In this document: positions 33,944 through 42,774 of the stretch, piece after piece
Layout: every line of letters starts with the position of its first letter
Numbering within the stretch: position 1 is the stretch's first letter
NCBI GenBank assembly: GCA_964583325.1
Contig: CAZOXJ010000003.1
Location: 1 to 48,209 of the forward strand
Source: an uncultured Lentimicrobiaceae bacterium
GTDB taxonomy: Bacteria; Bacteroidota; Bacteroidia; Bacteroidales; UBA4417
Direction: 5' to 3'
DNA: 48,209 bases
Program-made: the position numbers and the translations under genes
The notes under the pieces: generated by a model
Seen by the model: only the letters and a program-made list of their open reading frames with translations
The model's database searches: none
What the model was told of the DNA's origin: nothing

Positions 33944-35647
33944 ATGGAAAATTTCTATACCGACAATCCCCATCTCAGGTTTCACCTTACCCATCCTTTG
34001 ATGGAGAAAATTGTAAAGCTGAAAGAAGCGGGCTACAGCCAGAAAGATAAATACGATTTTGCCCCTCTTGATTTTGAAGACGCTATCGACAATTACGATA
34101 AAGTGATGGAGATAATCGGCGAAATCAGCGGCGAAATTATTGGACCTAATGCTGAATCAGTTGATAAAGAAGGACCGAAACTTATTGATAACGAGGTAAA
34201 ATACGCCCGCGGCACACAACAGAATTATGATGCATTAGTCAAAGCCGGTCTCGTTGGGTTCACGCTCCCAAGGGAATATGATGGACTTAACATGCCTATT
34301 GTTCCCTACGTTATGTCGGGCGAAATCGTTTCGCGCGCTGATGCCGGTTTTGCAAATATTTGGGGTCTTCAGGACTGTGCTGAAACTATACACGAATTTG
34401 CTTCTGAGGAAATAAAAGCGGAGTTTTTGCCCCGTTTTAATAAAGGCGCAACTGCCGCAATGGATCTTACCGAGCCTGATGCCGGATCGGATTTACAAGC
34501 CGTTCAACTAAAAGCAACCTATGATAATCATAAACACAAATGGATGCTTGACGGCGTTAAACGCTTCATTACTAACGGAGATGCCGATATTTCACTCGTT
34601 TTAGCCCGCTCCGAAGAAGGAACGTCAGATGCACGCGGACTTTCACTCTTTGTTTATGATCGCAACGATAAGGCTGTTACAGTTCGCCGTATCGAAAATA
34701 AACTTGGTATAAAAGGATCGCCAACCTGCGAACTGGTTTTTCGTAATGCCCCGGCCAAACTAATTGGTGATACCAAACTGGGACTCATCAAATATGTAAT
34801 GTCACTCATGAATTCAGCCCGACTGGGTGTTGGTTCACAGTCAGCCGGAATAGCGGAGGCTGCCTACCGCGAAGCTTTGAAATATGCAAATGAGCGGGAG
34901 CAATTTGGTAAATCCATTATCAAGTATGCTGCAGTTTACGAAATGCTTACGAATATGAGGGTAAAGATTGACGCCATGCGTACTTTACTCTACGAAACTG
35001 CCCGATATGTAGATATTTACAAGGCATATGCACATGCTTCCAAAGAGCGCAAACTTGAACCTGAAGAGCGCCAGGATGCTAAAATGTATCAGAAACTTGC
35101 TGATATGTACACACCTTTGGTAAAACTTTATTCCAGCGAAGGATGCAACCAGATAGCCTATGACGCCATTCAGATTTTTGGAGGAACCGGCTATATGAAA
35201 GATTTCCCGATAGAGCGCATTTATCGCGATGCACGCATTACAACCATTTACGAGGGCACTTCACAGCTTCAGGTTGTGGCAGCTATCCGTAATGTTGGTA
35301 GTGGCGCATTTTTAGCTACCATGCGCGATCGTGCACAGTTAACAGTAAAACCTGAATTGGAATATCTCAGGGCAACACTTGAAAAAATGACTGAGCAGTA
35401 TTCAAAAACCGTTGAAAAAGTTAATGAATTCAATGATAATGAATACTTTGACTTCCACGCTCGTCGATTAGTTGAAATGGCTGCGAATGTGCTGATCGGA
35501 TACTTATTATTGTATGATGCAAACAGAAGTGAAGTATATTCGAAATCAGCTGATATCTTTATCCGTAAAGGCCGTGCCGAAAACATTGCATCCGTTAGCT
35601 TCATTAATAATTGCCATCCTAAGGATATTAATGACTTCAAAATGTGA
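33944..35647 (+). CDS. Long-form acyl-CoA dehydrogenase (567 aa)
   Basis: 'MDLTEPDAGSDL', 'FITNGDADI', 'LGIKGSPTCELVF', 'QIFGGTGYMKDFPIERIYRDARITTIYEGTSQLQ', plus a ~120-aa C-terminal extension. Confidence 0.9.
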   Translation: MENFYTDNPHLRFHLTHPLMEKIVKLKEAGYSQKDKYDFAPLDFEDAIDNYDKVMEIIGEISGEIIGPNAESVDKEGPKLIDNEVKYARGTQQNYDALVKAGLVGFTLPREYDGLNMPIVPYVMSGEIVSRADAGFANIWGLQDCAETIHEFASEEIKAEFLPRFNKGATAAMDLTEPDAGSDLQAVQLKATYDNHKHKWMLDGVKRFITNGDADISLVLARSEEGTSDARGLSLFVYDRNDKAVTVRRIENKLGIKGSPTCELVFRNAPAKLIGDTKLGLIKYVMSLMNSARLGVGSQSAGIAEAAYREALKYANEREQFGKSIIKYAAVYEMLTNMRVKIDAMRTLLYETARYVDIYKAYAHASKERKLEPEERQDAKMYQKLADMYTPLVKLYSSEGCNQIAYDAIQIFGGTGYMKDFPIERIYRDARITTIYEGTSQLQVVAAIRNVGSGAFLATMRDRAQLTVKPELEYLRATLEKMTEQYSKTVEKVNEFNDNEYFDFHARRLVEMAANVLIGYLLLYDANRSEVYSKSADIFIRKGRAENIASVSFINNCHPKDINDFKM

Positions 35648-35703
35648 TAGCATAATGAAATCCTTAATTTGGAATTAATACCAATAAACAACTTAACCAC
35701 TTG

Positions 35704-35736
35704 AAAGAACGCTTACTAAATGAGCGTTCTTTTTTG
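35704..35736 (+). terminator. Rho-independent terminator after the first acyl-CoA dehydrogenase
   Basis: Stem AGAACGCT / AGCGTTCT (extendable by flanking A/T), 9-nt loop, then TTTTT. Confidence 0.65.
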
Positions 35737-35983
35737 TTTTATATCATATCATATTCTATACTCACATTTTTTTATTAACACATAGAAAATCTTATGATGT
35801 AATTTTTGTACTTTTCGACCAGTTTTCTCATCCTGAATAGGCTGATTTCAATGGTTTTCTATCATTTTTTGCTTTTTTGGAAATGGTAAAGTCATAGGAG
35901 AGAACAGAAAGCCGGTTTAGGCATATCCATTACAATAGCATAGAGATCAATTCAATACAAGTCATACACAACGATTTTAAATA

Positions 35984-37762
35984 ATGGAAAACAGAAAAGT
36001 ACTTAAAAGCGGCGAATTCCTTGTGGATACCGTTGAAGCCCAAGATGTGTTTATCCCTGAAGAATTCAACGACGAACAGTTGATGATTGCTCAAACATGC
36101 CAGGATTTTCTTGAAACAGAAGTTTATCCAAATATGGATAAAATTGACAGTCCGGATATCAATCTTATGAGGTCAACTCTCGAAAAATCAGGTGAACTTG
36201 GTTTGATGGGTATTGCCTTACCGGAAGATGTAGGTGGATTCGGCCAGTCATTTGTCACTCAAATGCTTGCGGCTGAGACTATTGGTGCAGGATATTCATT
36301 TTCAGTTGCTTTCATGGCCCATTGCGGTATAGGAACATTACCTATTGCCTATTATGGAACCGAGGCTCAGCGTCAGAAATACGTAACTAAGCTTGCTACC
36401 GGCGAATTAATCGGTTCATATTGTCTTACTGAGCCTGGCGCCGGAAGCGATGCCAATGCAGGAAAAACAAATGCACGGCTATCGGAGGATGGAACACATT
36501 ATATCCTTAATGGTCAAAAGATGTGGATTACCAATGCAAATTTTGCCGATTTGCAAACTGTCTTTGCAAAAGTAGGTAACGACCGGATTCTCAGTGCGTT
36601 TATTGTGGAGCGTACCATGGAAGGAGTGGTTGTTGCTCCTGATGAAAAGAAAATGGGTATTAAAGGCTCATCAACAGCGCAAATTTTTTACAACGATGTA
36701 AAAGTACCTGTCGAAAATATGATCGGTCATCAGGGCGAAGGTTTCCGGATTGCGCTCAGCATTCTTCATATGGGACGTATTAAACTGGGTGCCAATGTTA
36801 TAGGAGCTGCTAAAAAAGCGATTAACGATTCAGTGAAGTATGCAAATGAGCGCAAACAATTCTGTGTATTGATTTCTACTTTCGGTGCTATTAAACACAA
36901 AATTGCGCAACAGGCAATAAAAACATTTGCTGCTGAATCGGCTACCTACCGTGTAAGTAAGGATATTGATGATCTGATCGTTATCAATAAAGCATCGGGT
37001 ATGGACCATGGACGTGCAACCATCGAAGGCATAAGCCACTATGCAGTTGAAGCCGCCATTCTTAAGGTTTATGGCTCCGAGGCTTTGGATTACGTAATTG
37101 ATGAAGCAGTTCAGATTCACGGAGGAATGGGATATTCAGCCGAAATGGCTGTCGAACGCGGTTACCGCGATTCGCGGATAAATCGTATTTTCGAAGGAAC
37201 CAACGAAATCAACCGGCTTTTAATTGCCGATACTGCCATAAAACGTGCTCAGAAAGGTGAATTCGATCTTTTTGGCCCGGCTGAAAAACTATATAATAAT
37301 CTTGAACTGATTACTTCAGGGAAAGTTGAAGGTGAAAGTTATTATGCAGAAAAGCGTCGATATCTTGCTAATTTCAAGAAAGTTATACTCATTGCAATTC
37401 ATGGTGTAACCAGGTATTTCGATAAGAAACTGGTAAAAGAACAGGAAGTGATGAATAACATTTCCGAAATGATTATGGAGACGTATATTGCTGAATCTCT
37501 TGCTTTAAGAGTTGAAAAACTGGACGGTATGAATGGCAATGCAGCTATTTTCCGCGATATGCTTGACGTTTATGTTTACGATACCGCCGATTTGGTCCGC
37601 AAATCAGCCCGCGATGCATTTAATTCATTTGCTGATAGTTCAGAATCGGAAAACCTGAATGTAGCCATCGAAAAGTTGACACAGGTTGCCGGTATTAATG
37701 TTAAAGAAGCGCGGAGGCGAATTGCTGACAGGCTGATCGAAAACAACGCTTACAAGTTTTAG
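35984..37762 (+). CDS. Long-form acyl-CoA dehydrogenase (592 aa, FadE-like with a C-terminal helical domain)
   Basis: 'YCLTEPGAGSDA', 'WITNANFADL', 'MGIKGSSTAQIFY', 'QIHGGMGYSAEMAVERGYRDSRINRIFEGTNEINRLLI', plus a ~190-aa C-terminal extension. Confidence 0.9.
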   Translation: MENRKVLKSGEFLVDTVEAQDVFIPEEFNDEQLMIAQTCQDFLETEVYPNMDKIDSPDINLMRSTLEKSGELGLMGIALPEDVGGFGQSFVTQMLAAETIGAGYSFSVAFMAHCGIGTLPIAYYGTEAQRQKYVTKLATGELIGSYCLTEPGAGSDANAGKTNARLSEDGTHYILNGQKMWITNANFADLQTVFAKVGNDRILSAFIVERTMEGVVVAPDEKKMGIKGSSTAQIFYNDVKVPVENMIGHQGEGFRIALSILHMGRIKLGANVIGAAKKAINDSVKYANERKQFCVLISTFGAIKHKIAQQAIKTFAAESATYRVSKDIDDLIVINKASGMDHGRATIEGISHYAVEAAILKVYGSEALDYVIDEAVQIHGGMGYSAEMAVERGYRDSRINRIFEGTNEINRLLIADTAIKRAQKGEFDLFGPAEKLYNNLELITSGKVEGESYYAEKRRYLANFKKVILIAIHGVTRYFDKKLVKEQEVMNNISEMIMETYIAESLALRVEKLDGMNGNAAIFRDMLDVYVYDTADLVRKSARDAFNSFADSSESENLNVAIEKLTQVAGINVKEARRRIADRLIENNAYKF

Positions 37763-37786
37763 TGTTATATCATTTAATTTTGGTAT

Positions 37787-37818
37787 GAACGCTCCTTTTC
37801 CAGGGAGCGTTCGTTTTT
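37787..37818 (+). terminator. Rho-independent terminator after the second acyl-CoA dehydrogenase
   Basis: 9-bp stem GAACGCTCC / GGAGCGTTC, 8-nt loop, then gTTTTT. Confidence 0.75.
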
Positions 37819-37869
37819 ATAAATGATTCAATTTCAAATGCAGCAATCAGGATGTAATATATAAATGGC

Positions 37870-37877
37870 TAAATTTG
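37870..37877 (+). promoter_or_regulatory. Candidate -7 box (TAaaTTTG) upstream of the PiT transporter gene
   Basis: Exact TAnnTTTG match; implies a ~140-nt leader before the ATG at 38025. Confidence 0.35.
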
Positions 37878-38024
37878 CGTTGTTCATTAATTTACCGGTA
37901 CATGTTTGCGGTTGCCTGAAGAGAGATAAATAAGGAAATCGGAGTTGAAAATTGCTGGAAAATGAATACAAAAAAAATGCATCTCTATTTCTGATTTATT
38001 TAATCACAATCTAAACAAACCCAT

Positions 38025-39062
38025 ATGTCACCCTTATTCAATCATTTGCTGATACCATTTATTGTAGCTATGTTTTTGGCTATTACAATGGGGGGAAGCG
38101 GAACAGGTCCCGCATTCTCAGCAGCTTATGGCGCTAATGTGGTGCGGAAAAGTTTGATACCCGGTCTCTTCGGAATAATGGTTTTTCTGGGTGCTATCCT
38201 GGCAGGAAAAAATACAGCAGCTACAGTTGGAAAAGAGTTAATCAACCCCGAATTAATGACTTTTTCGGTAGTTTCGGTTATTCTCTTTTCGGTAGCAATC
38301 TCTTTGCTGGTTGCTAATATGGTTGGAATACCGCAGTCAACCAGCCAGTCGACAGTAATGGCTGTTTGGGCTGCAGGAATATTCTTCAGTGAGGCCAACA
38401 CCGAAAAAATATTTTTTCTGGTTATACCAGCCTGGTTTATACTACCTGTAATTGCTTTTTTTCTCAGTCTTTTTTTTGGAAAATACATTTACCGGCCAAT
38501 GCGAAGGCGTGGGCTTACAATGTCGCGTTCAGTAAATGTAAACCGCAAACCAATTATTAATGGTCTGATACTATTTATGTCGATGTATGTTGCTTTTTCG
38601 ATAGGGGCGAATAATGTCGCCAATGCTGCTGGACCTATTGCCAGTATGACTGCCAACGAACTGAACATAACCGGTGATAGAAATTTCCTGCTGATCATGA
38701 TTTTATCCACACTTATGGTTGCGCCTAGTTTTGCTATCGGAAGTTCTATTTTTGGGAACAAGATATTGAATAACACGGGTAAGGAAATCGTTTTGTTTGG
38801 CAAATTCGAAGCCGGAATTATTGCATTTGTTTCCGCAAGTTTGCTTTTATTAGCGTCGGTTACCAAAGGTATTCCTACTTCACTTGTGCAACTCAATGTG
38901 GCTGCCATACTTGGAATTGGAGTTGCAAAACTTGGAACAAAAAATATTTTCAGGAAAACGGAAGTTCGTAAATTCTTTCTCATGTGGCTTATCGCACCTG
39001 TAATTGCATTTTCGCTATGCCTGATTTTACTTTTTCTTGGCGATAGGTTTGGACTCCTTTAA
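38025..39062 (+). CDS. Inorganic phosphate transporter, PiT (PHO4) family
   Basis: 345 aa, polytopic. Duplicated PiT signature regions 'GGSGTGPAFSAAYGAN' and 'IGANNVANAAGP'. Confidence 0.82.
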   Translation: MSPLFNHLLIPFIVAMFLAITMGGSGTGPAFSAAYGANVVRKSLIPGLFGIMVFLGAILAGKNTAATVGKELINPELMTFSVVSVILFSVAISLLVANMVGIPQSTSQSTVMAVWAAGIFFSEANTEKIFFLVIPAWFILPVIAFFLSLFFGKYIYRPMRRRGLTMSRSVNVNRKPIINGLILFMSMYVAFSIGANNVANAAGPIASMTANELNITGDRNFLLIMILSTLMVAPSFAIGSSIFGNKILNNTGKEIVLFGKFEAGIIAFVSASLLLLASVTKGIPTSLVQLNVAAILGIGVAKLGTKNIFRKTEVRKFFLMWLIAPVIAFSLCLILLFLGDRFGLL

Positions 39063-39112
39063 GTTGTTAATAATCCGATTGTCAATATTTTAACCTTTAA
39101 TAGTGAATATCC

Positions 39113-39766
39113 TTGAACAAGCAGGAAATTATTCAAAATACAGTCGAATTTGTTAAGTATACGCTTTCCGACGCGGAAGGCGGGCATGATTGGTGGCATA
39201 TTTACAGGGTTTGGAAATCAGCAAAGCATATTGCTCAGAACGAAGAGGTTGACCTCTTTATTGTCGAACTCGGTGCTTTATTGCACGATATTGCCGATTC
39301 GAAATTTCATGACGGCGATGAGCAAATCGGGCCTCAGAAGGCAAGGGTCTTTTTGCAGTCAAATCACGTTGATGAATTGGTAATTGATCATATCGAAAAA
39401 ATTATTTCAAATATTTCTTTTAAAGGCGGGCAGTTACCGCAAAAATTCAAATCACCGGAACTGGACGTAGTTCAGGATGCTGACCGGCTTGATGCAATCG
39501 GAGCCATCGGAATTGCAAGAACCTTTAATTATGGTGGTCACAAAGGCAGATCAATTTATAATCCTGAAATAAAGCCTAATCTTAATATTACAAAAGAGGA
39601 ATACAAAAACAGCGATGCACCAACACTAAATCATTTTTATGAAAAGCTTTTACTGCTCAAAGACCGGATGAATACACAAACCGGAAAGTTAATGGCAGAG
39701 AAAAGGCATGATTTTATGCTCGCTTACCTCGATCAGTTTTATAACGAATGGGATGGAGAAAAATAG
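39113..39766 (+). CDS. HD-domain metal-dependent phosphohydrolase (YedJ-like)
   Basis: 'GGHDWWHIYRV', HD motif 'GALLHDIADSKF', 'VQDADRLDAIGAIGIAR'. Apparent TTG start. Confidence 0.8.
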   Translation: MNKQEIIQNTVEFVKYTLSDAEGGHDWWHIYRVWKSAKHIAQNEEVDLFIVELGALLHDIADSKFHDGDEQIGPQKARVFLQSNHVDELVIDHIEKIISNISFKGGQLPQKFKSPELDVVQDADRLDAIGAIGIARTFNYGGHKGRSIYNPEIKPNLNITKEEYKNSDAPTLNHFYEKLLLLKDRMNTQTGKLMAEKRHDFMLAYLDQFYNEWDGEK

Positions 39767-39834
39767 GCAGATAATAAATTATCATGTATAGCTGATTGAT
39801 TTGCAAAAGCTTAACAATATGAATTTTCCGAAAT

Positions 39835-39866
39835 AAAAAAAAGGACGATCCTTACGGATTCGTCCT
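39835..39866 (-). terminator. Rho-independent terminator for clpC
   Basis: AGGACGATCC-ttac-GGAtTCGTCCT hairpin (one bulge). The A7 run on the plus-strand left side supplies the U-tract for minus-strand transcription. Confidence 0.7.
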
Positions 39867-39890
39867 GATTAAAATATGCATTTTCAAATT

Positions 39891-42506
39891 TTATTCCTCT
39901 ATTTGAGGAAGTATCGGAGGTTCAAGAGTCGAAACCGGATGTTCTTTAAGTTGTGGTTTCTCAATAATAATTTTCATATCCTTTATTTCCGGATCGAAAT
40001 CAATATTAATAATGTCGCCCTGAACAAGTTTAGTGAGTATAATCTCCTCAGCGAGAATATCTTCAACATATTTTTGAATTGCCCTTTTTAGCGGTCGGGC
40101 TCCAAATTGTTCATCCCAGCCTTTTTCAAGGATATAGTCTTTTGCCCTTTCTGTAATACGCGGCTCGTATCCCATAGCTTTAATCCGGGTGAAAAGATGT
40201 GCAAGTTCAATATCGATAATTTTGTGAATATCCTCACGTTCAAGCGAATCAAAGATAATCACGTCGTCGATCCTGTTCAGGAATTCAGGTGCAAATGATT
40301 TTTTAAGTGCATTTTCGATAACACTTTGAGCAATGCTCGAACTTTGCGACTGCCGCGCAGATGTACTGAAACCAACTCCTGATCCAAAATCTTTTAATTG
40401 CCTCGATCCAATATTGGAAGTCATGATCACAATTGTATTCTTGAAATCTACTCTTCGGCCCAGACTATCAGTGAGTTGTCCGTCGTCGAGCACCTGGAGA
40501 AGAATGTGAAAAATATCCGGGTGAGCTTTCTCAATTTCATCCAATAATACGATAGAGTAGGGGCGACGTCGTACTTTTTCAGTCAGCTGGCCGCCTTCTT
40601 CATAACCTACATATCCCGGAGGCGCTCCAACGAGTCGCGAAACAGCAAATTTCTCCATATATTCGCTCATATCGATACGAATAAGTGCATCTTCCGTGTC
40701 GAAAAGATAACGGGAAAGTATTTTTGCAAGGTGAGTTTTTCCGACGCCTGTTGGCCCAAGGAAAATAAAAGTACCGATAGGCTTATTCGGATCTTTAAGG
40801 CCTGCGCGGTTACGGCGGATGGCTTTTACAACTTTCTTGATGGCATTCTCCTGACCGATTACCGAACCACCCAATTCCTGCTCCATGTTCATTAGACGCG
40901 AACCTTCGTTTTCAGCAATCCGTTGTACCGGAACGCCCGTCATCATAGCAACTACTTCAGCTACATTTTCCTCGGTAACCATTTGCCTGTTTACCTTCGA
41001 ATCTTCTTCCCATTTAGTCTTTAACGCTTCGAGCTGAGCTTGTGCTTTACGCTCGTCATCGCGGTAACGTGCAGCTTCTTCATATTTTTGGCCTTTTATG
41101 GCCTTCATTTTCTTCTGCCTGATATCTTCAATCAGACTTTCTGTGGTTACAATCTCAACCGGAACGTGCATGTTCGATATATGTACACGTGCACCCGACT
41201 CGTCAAGAGCATCAATGGCTTTATCCGGAAGACAACGATCAGTAAGATAACGGTTTGTAAGCGAAACACAAGCATCAATTGCTTCAGGAGTGTATTTTAC
41301 AAGATGATGGTCTTCGTATTTTTCCTTTATCTGGTTTAAAATGGTTACTGTTTCGGAAGGTGAGGTCGGATCTACTATAATTTTTTGAAACCTGCGTTCG
41401 AGAGCTCCATCCTTTTCAATGTACTGACGGTATTCATCCAAAGTTGTTGCACCGATACATTGTATTTCGCCACGGGCTAGCGCAGGCTTGAACATATTAC
41501 TTGCATCCAGCGATCCGCTTGCATTTCCGGCACCTACTATAGTATGGATTTCGTCAATAAAAAGAATAATATCACGATTCTTCTCCAACTCGTTCAATAC
41601 TGCTTTCATACGTTCTTCAAACTGTCCGCGATATTTGGTACCCGCTACCAGCGAAGCCAGATCAAGCGTATAAACCTTTTTGTTAAATAAAGCACGCGAT
41701 ACTTTGCGCTGAACAATCCGTAAGGCAAGTCCTTCGGCAATAGCCGATTTACCAACTCCAGGCTCACCGATGAGTATTGGATTGTTTTTCTTCCGGCGGC
41801 TTAATATCTGCGAGATTCGTTCGAGCTCTTTTTCACGGCCTACTATCGGATCAAGTCTGTTTTCCTCAGCTGCCTTGGTAAGGTCGCGTCCAAAATTATC
41901 GAGTACAGGCGTTTTGGACTTACTGTCAGCGGCTTTTCTAAGGTTTTCAATACCACCACCTTCATCCGGATCATCATCCTGTGAACCGCCTGAGAGTTCA
42001 TCCTTTGGATCTGAATCCGTTTCGCCAAAAAGCTTTTCCTTATCTGCCTGAAGCGATGCGTCGTCCCCGGTAATCAAATACGATTTTACTTCTTCTTTGA
42101 ACAAATCATAATCCACATTATATTTTTTCACTGATCGGGTTACAAGGTTATCTTCGTCTTTCAAAATTGCTAACATTAAGTGTTCCGTTCCTATTAATTC
42201 GCTGTTAAAAAGCTTTGCTTCGAGATAAGTAAGCTTAAGAGCACGTTCAGCCTGCTTTACAAGCGGCAGATTATCATTGACTTTATTGTGGTTAGCAGGA
42301 TTAACAATAGCTGATTCAATATTGCGGCGCAACTCGGCCATATCAACATTCAGATAGCTCAAAATCCGTATTGCCATTCCTTCTCCTTCACGTATCATCC
42401 CCAACAGAAGATGCTCGACACCAATATATTCATTTCCCAGCCTTATAGCCTCTTCCCGGCTAAAGGATAAAACATCTTTCACTCTCTGTGAGAACTTTGC
42501 TTCCAT
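39891..42506 (-). CDS. clpC: ATP-dependent Clp protease ATP-binding subunit, ClpC type (class I AAA+)
   Basis: Two Clp_N repeats at the N-terminus. Walker A motifs 'GEPGVGKSAIAEGLA' (D1) and 'GPTGVGKTHLAK' (D2). A short UVR-like linker 'QKYEEAARYRDDERKAQAQLEALK' replaces the long ClpB M-domain. An acidic Gly/Asp-rich insert follows the N-domain. Confidence 0.9.
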   Translation of the reverse strand: MEAKFSQRVKDVLSFSREEAIRLGNEYIGVEHLLLGMIREGEGMAIRILSYLNVDMAELRRNIESAIVNPANHNKVNDNLPLVKQAERALKLTYLEAKLFNSELIGTEHLMLAILKDEDNLVTRSVKKYNVDYDLFKEEVKSYLITGDDASLQADKEKLFGETDSDPKDELSGGSQDDDPDEGGGIENLRKAADSKSKTPVLDNFGRDLTKAAEENRLDPIVGREKELERISQILSRRKKNNPILIGEPGVGKSAIAEGLALRIVQRKVSRALFNKKVYTLDLASLVAGTKYRGQFEERMKAVLNELEKNRDIILFIDEIHTIVGAGNASGSLDASNMFKPALARGEIQCIGATTLDEYRQYIEKDGALERRFQKIIVDPTSPSETVTILNQIKEKYEDHHLVKYTPEAIDACVSLTNRYLTDRCLPDKAIDALDESGARVHISNMHVPVEIVTTESLIEDIRQKKMKAIKGQKYEEAARYRDDERKAQAQLEALKTKWEEDSKVNRQMVTEENVAEVVAMMTGVPVQRIAENEGSRLMNMEQELGGSVIGQENAIKKVVKAIRRNRAGLKDPNKPIGTFIFLGPTGVGKTHLAKILSRYLFDTEDALIRIDMSEYMEKFAVSRLVGAPPGYVGYEEGGQLTEKVRRRPYSIVLLDEIEKAHPDIFHILLQVLDDGQLTDSLGRRVDFKNTIVIMTSNIGSRQLKDFGSGVGFSTSARQSQSSSIAQSVIENALKKSFAPEFLNRIDDVIIFDSLEREDIHKIIDIELAHLFTRIKAMGYEPRITERAKDYILEKGWDEQFGARPLKRAIQKYVEDILAEEIILTKLVQGDIINIDFDPEIKDMKIIIEKPQLKEHPVSTLEPPILPQIEE

Positions 42507-42553
42507 TTATATCCCAGTTCTGTTTACTAATTGATTAATTATCAAAATCCCTT

Positions 42554-42561
42554 CAAAATTA
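42554..42561 (-). promoter_or_regulatory. Candidate -7 box (TAatTTTG on the minus strand) for clpC
   Basis: Plus-strand CAAAATTA, 47 nt upstream of the minus-strand ATG at 42506. Confidence 0.35.
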
Positions 42562-42774
42562 CAATATAAACGTACAAGTCTGTAAATAGTTTGCTTAAAT
42601 GATTTGCCAAAATTTATTAAATCCTTCATTTACTGCCATTTGATAATATCAACAGGCAAATGTTAGAAACTGGATCGAAAAAGCTTATATTTATACTTTT
42701 TGTATCAAATAATTACGTACTTTCGTAGTTCTGTTGAGAATAACTTAAGTTATTATAAATGAAGGAGTTAATAA

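Noticed and set aside
42531-42545. TTGAT-N5-ATCAA inverted repeat in the clpC 5' region, resembling Crp/Fnr half-sites.
   Set aside because: The arms are only 5 bp in an AT-rich spacer, and the N5 spacing differs from the Fnr/Crp N4/N6 geometry. Chance occurrence is likely, and it does not match CIRCE.
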